DNA of 64,000 bases from Limnothrix sp. BL-A-16 (GTDB lineage Bacteria; Cyanobacteriota; Cyanobacteriia; CACIAM-69d). Within the stretch, counting starts at the first letter, position 1. The number at the start of each line of letters is the position of its first letter. Under the pieces are notes generated by a model. That model made no database searches and was not told the DNA's origin. It saw only the letters and a program-made list of their open reading frames with translations. The position numbers were made by a program, and so were the translations under genes. Shown in pieces: positions 1-10,754 of the stretch. The DNA is taken from contig CP166615.1 in assembly GCA_041937175.2 (NCBI GenBank), positions 864,001-928,000 of the forward strand, written 5' to 3'.

Positions 1-3000
1 TACTAATCGATTTGATGCGATCGGTTGCCCCTTGCATGGAATTCAAGAGTTGGGGCAAATCTTCGCAGACATATTCCAAATCAATATCTTCAGCGTGATC
101 TTGAATCGGAGAGGTAGGACTAGGATAATGCTGCTGATATAGAGCTAAATGTTCAAGCAAGTCCTGTACGTGCTCTTTACCATTATTGATACTGCCATTC
201 AGAAAGCCGATCGGGTTGTTAATTTCATGGGCAACCCCTGCCACTAGGTTTCCTAGCGATGCCATCTTCTCGCTCTGCACCATCTGTAACTGAGCACTTT
301 GTAGCTCTTGTAATGTATTTTCTAAGTCCTGGGACTTTTGCTGAATAATAGCTTCTGCGGCCTTGCGATCGCTGATATCTTCAACACTTGACCAAATGAA
401 CTGCTCACCATGTCGCTCCACAAGAATCCCAGAGAGTCGAACCGGAACGAGATGCCCATCCTTGTGAATATATTCCTTTTCATAGGGGCCATAGCGTCCA
501 GTTGCTTGGATGCGTTGCATCTGTAGTCGCTCCTGATCGGCATAAGATGCTGGCGTAATTTCAAAGTAAGTTAGTGTATAAAGCTCATCAGTTGTTCGTC
601 CTACAATCTGGGCATAAGCAGGATTGCAATAGAGCAGTTGCCCATTCATTCTGCACAGTGCCAACCCAATGGATGCTTGGTCAAAAAGCGTGCGGTGATA
701 AGCCTCACTCTCAATCAATGCAGCTTCAGCTTCCTTGCGATTACTGATATCTAACAAGAGGCCATCCCACACCAACGCACCATCCGCAAGTTTTTCGATT
801 CTTGCTTCTCCATGAATCCATTTAACTTTTCCGGATGGTGTGATAATGCGCCCTTCCCAGTGCCAAGGAGTTAAGGTGTGAACCGAGTCGGCAATTGACT
901 GACGATGTGATTCAGTATCCTCTGGATGCGTCATATTCATAAGAATTTGCACATCAGCGATCGCCTGTTCAGCCGTAACTTCATACAGGTCGTAACAAGC
1001 GTTACTGATATAGAGCATTGACACTGAGCCATTAGTTTTCATGAGAAACTGATACACCACCCCTGGAACGTTATCCACTAGATGATGGAATCGAGATTGA
1101 GTAGTGTCTAATTCATGAAGAGATTGCTCTAGTTGTTGGCTATATTCTTGAGATTTTTGATAGAGTCGCGCATTTTCCAATGAAATGGCAGCTTGAGTAC
1201 AGAGAAAATTAAGAACAACAACGCGATCTCTCGTGAATATGCCACTAACAGAGTGGTTCTCTAGATACAAAATGGCACACAAATTACCCTGATTGAGAAT
1301 GGGTAAGCACAGGACGCTCTTAGGTTGATGCTGGAGTAGATAATCACCAATGACTGGCAAGTCAGTCTTGAGATCATCAACAACAACCGTTGTTGCAGTA
1401 TTTTTGACGTACTGAATTAAATTACTGGGAACACTAGAGTAATCATTGAGAGGGATAGACGGCAGTACCACGCCCTCTAGATCGGCCATAACCCGCACTT
1501 GCCATTGCTCACCCTCGCCAAGAATTAAGACACACCGATCAGCCCCAGAATTTTCCATCATGGTCTGGGTCAAGACCTGTAGCAACTCATTTAGGTCAAT
1601 TGTGCTTGCAAAAGTCTGAGAAATTTGCAATAGAGCAGCAAGATCTAAAGTTTGGTTAATGCTACCAATAAAGCTTCTATGAGAAGTGGAGTCTAATGAG
1701 TGGGTAGAATTTACAATTGTCGTGAGAGTTTCCAGAACGGTGAGGGGTTGATGGGCAGGTTGTACGATGGGTTGCAGTAGTTGAGGGTAACGTTGTTCTA
1801 AGTCAGCAACTTTAGCTATAGCTCCCCACCTCTGATAAGCATAGTAGGCTTCGTTTAAATGCAGGTTAGCAAAAGCCTCCTTACCTCGTCGCTGCCAAAA
1901 CTTAGCAGCTTTCTCATGGATAATTGCTTCATGATGAATAAATCCATGCTGATGAGCAGAAGCGATCGCTTGATCGTATAACTCTATTGCTTCTGAATCT
2001 CGGTTTGAAATCTGCGCCATTTCTGCCTGAATAGCCCAACTAAGATGAGCAAAATTTTCAGCACAGCTTACTGCCCAGTCCTGAATTTGCTTCAGCTTTA
2101 ATTGCAGTTCTTTTCTGATTTTTTTCTGTTCACTAGGTGTGGTATACAAATATTTTTCAGTCAAAACTAAGCAACTATAAAAATAAAAAGTTGGCACCAT
2201 AATTGTTGCTCTTCTATTTAAAATTAGAGCCTCAGCTTGGCACATTTTCTGGTAAGCATTTTCTCGATCTTCAAATAGATAAAATTTAATCAACTGCAAA
2301 ATATAGTGAGTGCATAGACCGGCAAATAGCTTTGATGCTTCGCAATACTGAATAAAATCTTCTTCAAGAAAATTACGATTTTGATAAAAGATAGTTGTTT
2401 CTGGTTTACCATATAAATCCATGGTAAAAAATCGGAAAGCCGCTGTAATTGTTTCTGTATATTGATTCTCAAACTTCTTTAAATCAGCTTGAACGATTTT
2501 AATCTCTGTTAAAATCTCGGCAACTGTATTTCCAGCAAAAAGAATATTGGCTAAATATTCAGCTTGGTTATATCCGGCATAGGTCAAATCTCCCTTGCCG
2601 CCTAGCTGCTTAATTTCACCAGAGTCCTGAACATGGTTTACCCAAATCGTCAAAAAAGAACTGATGATGTGACAACTACGACAAATCTGAACAGCATCGT
2701 TATATTGCTGACTGAGTTTTAGAGCAACATTGCCGAACTCATAGGCTTCTTGATATTTATCAGTTTCAGAGACCAAAATCATGCCATAACAAGCAAAACC
2801 TACAAATCCTTCTGGGTGCAAGCCATGCTTCATTGAAAATAGCACCATCATGACATTGACCCAAGGAAAAAGTTCTTGGCGTGCCAGGTAAGTTGTAGGA
2901 ATTAGTTCGCCAAATAGCTTCATGGACAGTTTCTTGACAGGATCTGTCATTCTGGGCAAATCTACTAAGGAAGCGATCGACCTATTTACTAACAAGTCCT

Positions 3001-5677
3001 CGATTTCGGACATCCTTCTTTGAATAATTGACTTTGGATTTCCCAAGGGAACTTTAATACCTAATAAATTGGCAGCTTGATAACCAGAGTTTAAGGCTTG
3101 TGGGTAGTTGCCACTGAGAGTGTGAAGTACCATTTGACGAATGTAGATGTCTGCCTTTTCTAAGGAAGTTTTTGCCTTTTCTAGAGTCTGATTAATCCAA
3201 AAATGGGATTCTTCAAAGTTGCCATTTAGGAATTCAATATCTGCTCTTTCACGATACACATCCATGGCGAGGTTGAATTCTTCACTCCAAAGACAATCAT
3301 TCATCAACTTCATGCCACTTAGCATATATTTTAAGGCTGATTCATAAGCCAAGGCTGCTTTTGCTTTCAGAGTTGCTTGTAAATTAAGGCGAACTAACTC
3401 GATCTGTTCTTCTAATTGATCAACTAAATCAATTCCTAAATTTAAATGTCCAACAACTTCAAATAACCGTTCAGCAATCACTTCGGGTGAACTATTTTGT
3501 AAGATGAGGCGGCCAATTTTCAAATGTACTGCTTGCTGGTTTTCGGTAGGAATTAAAGCATATGCAGCTTGTTGAATGCGATCATGTAAAAACTGATAGG
3601 GAACATTAACTGATTCAGGGATAGTCGGCATCTCCGACCCATCCTGAAAAAACCGATAGCCTTTATTCAGCGGCAAAATCAACCCCTCCTGTAATGCTTC
3701 CCATAACGCCACTGATACCTCTACCTCCGTTTGCTCAGATATGATTGCTAGAGTCGCTAAATCGAATTTAGCCCCCATACATGCTGCCAACTTCAGTACT
3801 TCCTGAGTGGCTTGGGGTAACTTCTGCAACTGTAGTGTCATAAACTCCACCACGTCCTCTGGCAGCGTCAAGGTCATTGTCGCTGTCCCATCCCAGAGCC
3901 AACATCTTTTTTGGCGATCAAACCGAATCAACTTATCTTCATAAAGCGACTTGAGCAACTGTGTACTAAAAAATGGATTCCCCTTAGCTGTATTCATCAC
4001 TAACTTAGTTAATGACATTGCTAACTCTGTTGAGCAACTCAACGTATCTGCTACCAGATGATTAATTGAGCTAAGTGACAAAGGCATCAAATTGATTCGA
4101 TTAATAGGTACTTGCAATTTCTTAAGCTTCGCCAAGGTCAATATAAACGGATGAATTGGGCTTACTTCATTATCTCGATAAGCCCCTAGAAATAATAAAT
4201 ACCTGGTTTCTGTATCCCCTAGCAGCAATTGCATCAAGTTCAACGAGGCTGCATCTGCCCACTGCAAATCATCAATAAATACAACCAAAGGATGGTCTTG
4301 AGTTGTAAAAACCCTAAAGAATTTCTGAAACAATGAATTAAATCGATTTTGCGCTGCCATTCCCGATAGCTCTGGTGCTGGAGGTTGGGAACCCAAAATT
4401 AAAACCAACTCTGGAATTACTTCGATCATGACCTGGGCATTGTCTCCCAATGCCCCCAGAATCTTGGCTTTCCAAGCCTCTAATTGAGTATCAGATTCGG
4501 AGAGTAACTGCCCCATTAAATCTCGAAAAGCTTGCACAAAAGCACTAAAAGGAATATTTCGCTGAAACTGGTCAAACTTTCCTTTAATGAAATAACCCCG
4601 CTGTTTGACAATCGGCTTATGCACTTCATTAATTACTGCCGTTTTGCCAATGCCAGAGAACCCTGCTACTAGCATGAGTTCTGTATTCCCCTGACTGACT
4701 CTTTCAAAAGCATTTAGTAAGGTTTCTACCTCTGCCTGCCGGCCGTAGAGCTTTTCCGGAATCAGGAAGCGATCGCTCAGATCCCGTTGTCCCAACTCAA
4801 ATACTGCAATGGTTCCTGTTGCTTCCCACTGGCTTAAGCATTGCTGTAAATCATGCTGGAGACCCAAGGCACTCTGATATCGATCCTCAGCGTTTTTAGC
4901 CATCAGTTTTGCCACGATCTCCCCCACCATCTCAGGTACTGACGGATTTACCTGATCCACGGGCTGTGCTGTTTTGGCAATATGGCAATGCAACAACTCC
5001 AAGGGATCGTCAGACTCAAAAGGCAATTGACCCGTTAATAGCTGGTATAGGGTCACGCCCAAGGCATAAAAATCAGCTCGATAGTCAATGCCACGATTCA
5101 TGCGCCCGGTTTGCTCGGGAGCCAGGTAGGCTAAAGTTCCCTCTAAAATGTTTGGATTCTGAATCTCTTGAGTTTCTTTAGGCAACAAAGAAGCAATGCT
5201 GAAGTCAATTAACTTAATTTCTTGTGATTCAGGATTAATTAGAATATTGGCAGGTTTAATATCTTTATGAATAACGCGCTGCTGATGCAAATCGTGCAGA
5301 ACGGTGGTCAGTTGCAGGGCGATTTTGAGCACTTCGACCCAACTGAGCGTGTGCTGCTGTAGGTATTGATTGAGAGACAGTCCTCCCCAATCTTCCATTA
5401 CGAGCAGATAGCCATTCCCCAAGGGTTGAAGATTTAAGGGGTGAATAATGCCAGGTAGATTCAGGTTTTTGGTGATCGCGTATTGATTCCGAAATTGCAC
5501 CAATTCGCCAAAGGTGGGATAGTCCGACAGCAGGATTTTCAAGACGACTGCTCGTTGATCGGCATCCTGCACCCCTCGATAGACAGCCGTTCGCGATCCC
5601 AAATACAGTTGCTCGGTGATTGTGTAACCCGGGATATTGGGTATAGACTGTTCAGCTACTCGAGTTGTGGTGGTCAT
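1..5677 (-). CDS. Multidomain Ser/Thr protein kinase / AAA ATPase / GAF / 2xPAS sensor histidine kinase; 3' end lies outside the window (>1890 aa)
   Basis: Hand translation from ATG 5677 (MTTTTRVAEQSIPNIPGY...) gives kinase motifs HKDIKPAN, DFS and GTLAYLAPEQTGR, Walker A GFSGIGKT (~4640-4663), Walker B VFIDDLQWAD, GAF and PAS-like segments, and H-box EKMASLGNLVAGVAHEINNP (~215-275) in the same frame. It is absent from the ORF track, consistent with no in-frame stop inside the window. Confidence 0.93.
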   Translation of the reverse strand, partial: MTTTTRVAEQSIPNIPGYTITEQLYLGSRTAVYRGVQDADQRAVVLKILLSDYPTFGELVQFRNQYAITKNLNLPGIIHPLNLQPLGNGYLLVMEDWGGLSLNQYLQQHTLSWVEVLKIALQLTTVLHDLHQQRVIHKDIKPANILINPESQEIKLIDFSIASLLPKETQEIQNPNILEGTLAYLAPEQTGRMNRGIDYRADFYALGVTLYQLLTGQLPFESDDPLELLHCHIAKTAQPVDQVNPSVPEMVGEIVAKLMAKNAEDRYQSALGLQHDLQQCLSQWEATGTIAVFELGQRDLSDRFLIPEKLYGRQAEVETLLNAFERVSQGNTELMLVAGFSGIGKTAVINEVHKPIVKQRGYFIKGKFDQFQRNIPFSAFVQAFRDLMGQLLSESDTQLEAWKAKILGALGDNAQVMIEVIPELVLILGSQPPAPELSGMAAQNRFNSLFQKFFRVFTTQDHPLVVFIDDLQWADAASLNLMQLLLGDTETRYLLFLGAYRDNEVSPIHPFILTLAKLKKLQVPINRINLMPLSLSSINHLVADTLSCSTELAMSLTKLVMNTAKGNPFFSTQLLKSLYEDKLIRFDRQKRCWLWDGTATMTLTLPEDVVEFMTLQLQKLPQATQEVLKLAACMGAKFDLATLAIISEQTEVEVSVALWEALQEGLILPLNKGYRFFQDGSEMPTIPESVNVPYQFLHDRIQQAAYALIPTENQQAVHLKIGRLILQNSSPEVIAERLFEVVGHLNLGIDLVDQLEEQIELVRLNLQATLKAKAALAYESALKYMLSGMKLMNDCLWSEEFNLAMDVYRERADIEFLNGNFEESHFWINQTLEKAKTSLEKADIYIRQMVLHTLSGNYPQALNSGYQAANLLGIKVPLGNPKSIIQRRMSEIEDLLVNRSIASLVDLPRMTDPVKKLSMKLFGELIPTTYLARQELFPWVNVMMVLFSMKHGLHPEGFVGFACYGMILVSETDKYQEAYEFGNVALKLSQQYNDAVQICRSCHIISSFLTIWVNHVQDSGEIKQLGGKGDLTYAGYNQAEYLANILFAGNTVAEILTEIKIVQADLKKFENQYTETITAAFRFFTMDLYGKPETTIFYQNRNFLEEDFIQYCEASKLFAGLCTHYILQLIKFYLFEDRENAYQKMCQAEALILNRRATIMVPTFYFYSCLVLTEKYLYTTPSEQKKIRKELQLKLKQIQDWAVSCAENFAHLSWAIQAEMAQISNRDSEAIELYDQAIASAHQHGFIHHEAIIHEKAAKFWQRRGKEAFANLHLNEAYYAYQRWGAIAKVADLEQRYPQLLQPIVQPAHQPLTVLETLTTIVNSTHSLDSTSHRSFIGSINQTLDLAALLQISQTFASTIDLNELLQVLTQTMMENSGADRCVLILGEGEQWQVRVMADLEGVVLPSIPLNDYSSVPSNLIQYVKNTATTVVVDDLKTDLPVIGDYLLQHQPKSVLCLPILNQGNLCAILYLENHSVSGIFTRDRVVVLNFLCTQAAISLENARLYQKSQEYSQQLEQSLHELDTTQSRFHHLVDNVPGVVYQFLMKTNGSVSMLYISNACYDLYEVTAEQAIADVQILMNMTHPEDTESHRQSIADSVHTLTPWHWEGRIITPSGKVKWIHGEARIEKLADGALVWDGLLLDISNRKEAEAALIESEAYHRTLFDQASIGLALCRMNGQLLYCNPAYAQIVGRTTDELYTLTYFEITPASYADQERLQMQRIQATGRYGPYEKEYIHKDGHLVPVRLSGILVERHGEQFIWSSVEDISDRKAAEAIIQQKSQDLENTLQELQSAQLQMVQSEKMASLGNLVAGVAHEINNPIGFLNGSINNGKEHVQDLLEHLALYQQHYPSPTSPIQDHAEDIDLEYVCEDLPQLLNSMQGATDRIKSIS

Positions 5678-5734
5678 AAGTGATGCCAGGAGATCGGCTC
5701 AATTCATTCAGGAACACATTCAAGGCGCAGGAAA

Positions 5735-6000
5735 AGCCCCCAAGCACTCGACGCTGCTAGGGTATTGATGCAATGTTTTAGAGCACTTAAGAGATCACTC
5801 AGCGATCACTCAGCAATGTGGCTCTATAAATTTTGCGTAAAATCAGGAAAATCTCGGGAATGGCAGAAAGGTGCTGCGTAGAAATTTCCCCAGCACTCGG
5901 CACTGACAAGGCACGGATCCAATGTCATGGGGTACCAAGGAGATCACCTAGCAGTATAGCTCTATAAATTTTGCGTAAAATCGGGAAAATCTGGGAAATT
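5735..6000. repeat. Degenerate ~140-150 bp direct duplication in the intergenic region upstream of the kinase
   Basis: GCTCTATAAATTTTGCGTAAAATC(A/G)GGAAAATCT occurs at ~5821 and ~5959. The preceding segments also align (AGCACTCG...CAATGT...GAGATCAC). Confidence 0.8.
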
Positions 6001-6045
6001 TCAGGAAAATTCTGAAAAATTACAACTTCTCAGAGCAGGGAAGCG

Positions 6046-6537
6046 CTAATTGCTCAATACTGAGGCGAGAGGCTGAGGCTGCTGCTCAAAGAAGCGAATG
6101 CTGGTGGGCGTGCGGTTTTTGAGATCGGGAGCGTAGCGGGCTAGGTGGCGCACTACCCGATCGTTGACCCACAAAATAATGGGAAACCGAAACTGATGGG
6201 TGAAGGCGTTGAAGGCCCGATTGGTGGCCACCAACAGATCATCCAGTTCTTCTAAGGTTTCCAGCCCGGTGACCACCAAGGCTTGCGGTGGGTGTTGGTG
6301 GCAAGTGTGTTGAATGGGTGACAAGAGCGATCGGGCGGAGGTGGGCAACTGCAAGCACCCGACCTCCAGGGACAGCATCTCGCGTAAGCGATTAGTGGCA
6401 CAACGCTGAACCGTTGGATCGTTGCAGTGCGCCAGAATCAGGGCAAATTCTCCCTGCTGGTGCAACAGAGTTCTGGCCAAAATGGCAACAGATCGTTCAT
6501 TGGCGTTGGCGAGACTGCCTGGAACTTTGGGGCCCAT
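6046..6537 (-). CDS. Hypothetical protein resembling the N-terminal module of cyanobacterial NTPase-partner WD40/TPR proteins, without the repeat domain
   Basis: 163-aa ORF with NERS...GEFALILAHCN, PQALVVTGLE and FRFPIILWVND...APDL motifs, directly downstream of the P-loop NTPase gene. Confidence 0.65.
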   Translation of the reverse strand: MGPKVPGSLANANERSVAILARTLLHQQGEFALILAHCNDPTVQRCATNRLREMLSLEVGCLQLPTSARSLLSPIQHTCHQHPPQALVVTGLETLEELDDLLVATNRAFNAFTHQFRFPIILWVNDRVVRHLARYAPDLKNRTPTSIRFFEQQPQPLASVLSN

Positions 6538-6628
6538 GGCTTAACGCTCCTCATTGGAAACAGTCGCATGACTGCTACGTATTGCGCCTGGGTGGATGGG
6601 TTGGGCCCAGGCGGCGATCATCTGGGAG

Positions 6629-7963
6629 TTAGCGGTTTTGTTGCTGCCAAGCTTGAAACCAATCGGTTTCTTCGAGGGAAGGGTTGATGCCAAACCAACG
6701 CCCCTGGGCGTCGCGGTACTCGTAAACAATTTGAGTCCGCAGCAGCATTTGGTAGCTGTCCTCGCCACGCACACTTTGTTCACGGACAACTTGGAAAAGG
6801 CGCTCTCGCTCGATGTCATCGATCGACAGGGTGAGATCGTCCCGACTGTCGCGAATAGCACGCTCCAAGTTCGCCCGAGCAAAGGGAGGGTCTTCCTGCT
6901 GTAGGCAGCGATAGAGTAATCCTAACAGGCTTCGGGGGTGACCACCACTGACCCGACAAAGACGATTTAGGGTTTCCAAGTCTTCAAAAACTGCGCTGAC
7001 ATGGCTGAGTGCTTCGGTGGGAGCAAGGTTTGGAAAAGCCCTCGCCAAAACAGCCGATCGCAAGGCTTCCATGCCTGGTTCAAAGGGTTCCCCATTCCGA
7101 GTCCGCACCGGAATCATTGACAATACTTTGGGAGCCAAACCGCCGCCTAAGCGGTTTTTCATCGCTTCGTATTCGTCAGCAAACATTAACGAAAGGGGAA
7201 CGGTGTAGACCAAGTGGCAATTAATTCGCCGGAGCTGTGCGCCGCGATCGATAAACAAATATTCCGGTTGCCGCCGCCCGATCGAGGGCAAGGTGCGACT
7301 ATCCACCCGATCGAGGTTATCCACAATCACCACCAGGCCCTTTTTGCCGCGCCGCAGCAATTCTTGGGTGGCCCGCTGAATAATTTCCTCGTTAATGGCC
7401 CGCAGAATCCCCTCCGTTCGCGGCTCCAGGTATTGCCGTAATTGGCTGCGCAGCTTGGGATTGTCCTGGGTTTTGGCGGTAATTTTGGCAATTCCTAGGG
7501 AAACCTCCGCCTGAGCACCCAGCTCGATCGGGGTTTGCAGAAAATCTGAAACCTCTTGGAACAAGTTGGCAAAATAGCTAGGTTTCAGCTTGATACCAAC
7601 GGAATCTAAGTTTTCGCTGACCTGGCGAGTAATGGCCAACAAAATATCACTAATATCCACATCGGCCATGTCTAAGTCTTGGGTAGACTCGAAATAGACC
7701 ACATGGAAATTCTCTTGCTCCAGTTCAGCTTTCAACCGCAAGAGTTCCGTGGACTTGCCGCAACCAATGTGTCCCGTAAAAAGCTGACAAGTGGGCACAT
7801 CGGGAGAAATTCGGACGATCGTCCGCTTCAGCTCACCAATGATATTGCCACCGCGCACATTCGAGAAATCAATATAGTATTTTCGATCTTCCGGCTTGGC
7901 GAGATCGAGCGTATAGGAAGGATTGCAAGCCTTAAAGAAGCGGGATATATCGTCAATTGCCAT
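6629..7963 (-). CDS. P-loop NTPase (AAA/KAP-like ATP-binding protein)
   Basis: 444 aa. Walker A GHIGCGKS, Walker B VVIVDNLDR, SGGHPR motif. Confidence 0.88.
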   Translation of the reverse strand: MAIDDISRFFKACNPSYTLDLAKPEDRKYYIDFSNVRGGNIIGELKRTIVRISPDVPTCQLFTGHIGCGKSTELLRLKAELEQENFHVVYFESTQDLDMADVDISDILLAITRQVSENLDSVGIKLKPSYFANLFQEVSDFLQTPIELGAQAEVSLGIAKITAKTQDNPKLRSQLRQYLEPRTEGILRAINEEIIQRATQELLRRGKKGLVVIVDNLDRVDSRTLPSIGRRQPEYLFIDRGAQLRRINCHLVYTVPLSLMFADEYEAMKNRLGGGLAPKVLSMIPVRTRNGEPFEPGMEALRSAVLARAFPNLAPTEALSHVSAVFEDLETLNRLCRVSGGHPRSLLGLLYRCLQQEDPPFARANLERAIRDSRDDLTLSIDDIERERLFQVVREQSVRGEDSYQMLLRTQIVYEYRDAQGRWFGINPSLEETDWFQAWQQQNR

Positions 7964-8297
7964 GGTACTGAGAAATATCGGCCAAAGAAAACAGCAACAA
8001 TCGACTTGGACTAGGGCTACGATGCAACCATCATGACTAACCTAGCGATCAAAGTACAGGGACACTGGCATTCACCCTGAAATCTATTCCTGAAATCTTG
8101 AAATTGATGGAAGTTGTGCAGTTTGTCCTGGGTTTTCGTTGCGGGGCGAGCAGCGGCAACTATTCTAAAGGGCCCAATTTTGAATTGGGGTTGGGGGTCT
8201 TGGCCACTGAAGCTCAGGAGAAATCAGGTATCCCTTGCAGGAATCCATATATTCAGGACGCTATTACAGACGCTATTACATAAAACAGATCAGTTAA

Positions 8298-9194
8298 ATG
8301 GGCCAGATGTTCAACGGGCCAGATGACGGGCCAGATATGGATCCGCTTGTTCCCTTGTCTCGCCGCCACTTGGATTTGCGGCGATCGCACCTCCGCCGTC
8401 GCCGCCACTGGAAAATTGCACGGCGGAGTTGGCGCTTGGTGGCGGTGGGGTTGGTGGCGATCGCGACGGCCAGTTTGGTCACGTCTGCCCCTTGGGTGAT
8501 TCGGGGGCCCGAACAGGTGGACGTGTTGGGCAATCGGATGCTGAGCGATGACCATGTGCGATCGCTCCTGGGCATCAGCTATCCCCAATCTTTGTGGAAA
8601 CTCCAGCCCCAAGTGATTGCCGCTAGTTTGCGGGCTAGGGGCCCCGTTGCCCACGCGGAAGTCACTCGCCAACTGTTGCCGCCTAAGTTGGTGGTGCAGG
8701 TCACGGAGCTGTTTCCGGTGGCTGTGATTGAGTCTACGGTTCCGGTGCCACGGGCTGGCGGCAACCCCCGCGCCCAAATCGGCCTGATGGACAGCCAGGG
8801 CACTTGGATTGAGCTAGAGCGATACCAAGCCATGCGCCCTGTCCCCCAATTGCCCGTGCTCAAGGCGATCGGGGACTATGGCACGATCCAACGGGAATGG
8901 GCTTTTATCTATCGATGGCTGAGTCTGTCGCCCGTGGCTGTGCAGGTGGTGGATTGGCGCAATCCCCGATCGATCCGTTTACAAACCGAGCTGGGGCCCG
9001 TGGAATTGGGAACCTATGGGCGCGATCGCTGGGCCCAACAAATGGCACTTCTGGCGCGGATGCGATCGCTCCCGCAACAACTTGATCCCAGACAAATTGA
9101 TCACATTGATTTTCGGGATTTGGAGCGACCCGCTATCCAAATGCGATCCACCACTCTGGACAAGGGAGCACAACAACAGCTAAAACCACCCTAG
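8298..9194 (+). CDS. ftsQ: Cell division protein FtsQ/DivIB (POTRA domain)
   Basis: Basic N-terminus, one TM helix, POTRA-like segment (V.GN..LS...V...L), C-terminal IDFRD; immediately upstream of ftsZ. Confidence 0.88.
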   Translation: MGQMFNGPDDGPDMDPLVPLSRRHLDLRRSHLRRRRHWKIARRSWRLVAVGLVAIATASLVTSAPWVIRGPEQVDVLGNRMLSDDHVRSLLGISYPQSLWKLQPQVIAASLRARGPVAHAEVTRQLLPPKLVVQVTELFPVAVIESTVPVPRAGGNPRAQIGLMDSQGTWIELERYQAMRPVPQLPVLKAIGDYGTIQREWAFIYRWLSLSPVAVQVVDWRNPRSIRLQTELGPVELGTYGRDRWAQQMALLARMRSLPQQLDPRQIDHIDFRDLERPAIQMRSTTLDKGAQQQLKPP

Positions 9195-9430
9195 TAACAC
9201 TGTTGTTGCCTGAGCACATCGCCCGAGCATTCCACCTGCCGATCGCATTCCCGCCTCAGCAACTTCTCCACACTCGTTCACGCCCCGGCCCCTTGATCCA
9301 ACAGCCGCCAGATTGCTGAGATAACTTTTTTCCAGCAACTTTCAGCAACTTACCCTATAGTTGTCTACAAATTCTGTAAATTCTGTCGGTTGGACAATCT
9401 AACCTTCGACCCTTTTAGCTTGCCAATCCC

Positions 9431-10708
9431 ATGACGCTTAATGACCGCCTGGGGCCTGCCCAAGACAACCCAACCGCCTACGACTCCGCCGAGTACCCCC
9501 GTGGAGCCAGCGGAGCCTATGGAAGTGCTGGCCTGCCCCTCAGCAATATCGGTAGCGGCTTTAAGAATAATGGAGATGGCGGGATGCAGCCCGGTGAAAC
9601 TGCCAAAGGAAGCGAGATCGTGCCAGGAAGCATCGCCCGTATTAAGGTCATTGGCGTAGGTGGTGGCGGCGGCAACGCCGTGAACCGCATGATTGCCAGC
9701 CAAATTTCCGGCATTGAGTTTTGGTCTATCAATACCGATGCCCAAGCCCTGACCCAATCGGCGGCCCAAAACCGCTTGCAAATTGGTCAAAAGCTCACCA
9801 AGGGGCTGGGGGCTGGCGGCAACCGCACCATTGGCAAAAGCGCCGCTGAAGAGTCCCGGGAAGAAATTGCCAACCTGGTGCAAAACACAGAATTGGTCTT
9901 CATTACGGCCGGCATGGGCGGCGGCACTGGAACCGGGGCCGCCCCGATCGTGGCGGAAATGGCCAAGGAAGCCGGTGCGCTGACGGTGGCAGTGGTGACC
10001 CGGCCCTTTAAGTTTGAAGGGCGGCGGCGCATGGCCCAAGCCGAAGAAGGCATCGCGGAACTGCAAGCCCAGGTAGACACCACGATCATCATTCCTAACG
10101 ATCGCCTGTTGGCCGCCATTCCGGAACAAACCCCCGTCCAAGAAGCCTTCCAGTTTGCCGATGATGTGTTGCGGCAGGGGGTTCAGGGGATCTCTGATAT
10201 CATCACCATTCCCGGGTTGGTGAACGTGGACTTTGCCGATGTGCGAGCGGTGATGGCCGATGCTGGTTCGGCGCTGATGGGCATTGGTATTGGCTCCGGG
10301 AAGTCCCGGGCCCGGGATGCAGCTAATGCGGCTATTTCCTCCCCGCTGCTCGAAGCCAGCATTGAAGGGGCCAAGGGCGTGGTCTTGAATATTACGGGCG
10401 GTCGTGATCTAACCCTCCATGAGGTGAATGCGGCCGCTGAAGCGATCTATGAAGTGGTTGACCCGAACGCCAATATCATCTTCGGTGCAGTGATTGATGA
10501 GCGACTGCAAGGGGAAATTTGCGTCACGGTGATTGCAACGGGCTTTTCGGCAGATTTGCCCCCCAATCCGGCGGCGGGCCGCTTAGGCACGGGTTTACCG
10601 CGATCGACCCCCAAGCCCCTTCCGAACCCCACGGGCGACCAAAAGGGCAACAGCATGTTGGGTGGGCTAGATATTCCCGAGTTCCTGCAACGGCGGCGGA
10701 ATCCCTAG
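9431..10708 (+). CDS. ftsZ: Cell division protein FtsZ
   Basis: [17 protein letters not shown], tubulin signature [16 protein letters not shown] and C-terminal LDIPEFL peptide. Confidence 0.99.
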   Translation: MTLNDRLGPAQDNPTAYDSAEYPRGASGAYGSAGLPLSNIGSGFKNNGDGGMQPGETAKGSEIVPGSIARIKVIGVGGGGGNAVNRMIASQISGIEFWSINTDAQALTQSAAQNRLQIGQKLTKGLGAGGNRTIGKSAAEESREEIANLVQNTELVFITAGMGGGTGTGAAPIVAEMAKEAGALTVAVVTRPFKFEGRRRMAQAEEGIAELQAQVDTTIIIPNDRLLAAIPEQTPVQEAFQFADDVLRQGVQGISDIITIPGLVNVDFADVRAVMADAGSALMGIGIGSGKSRARDAANAAISSPLLEASIEGAKGVVLNITGGRDLTLHEVNAAAEAIYEVVDPNANIIFGAVIDERLQGEICVTVIATGFSADLPPNPAAGRLGTGLPRSTPKPLPNPTGDQKGNSMLGGLDIPEFLQRRRNP

Positions 10709-10754
10709 GCTCCCCGATCCCACCCGATCTTGATCGTCCTAGATCATCTAGACC

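Noticed and set aside
322..5683. Small track ORFs (322..564, 2290..2472, 4909..5181, 5483..5683)
   Set aside because: Out-of-frame or antisense overlaps of the giant kinase gene.
9431..9630. Long N-terminal extension of FtsZ
   Set aside because: Variable N-terminal extensions are normal in cyanobacterial FtsZ.
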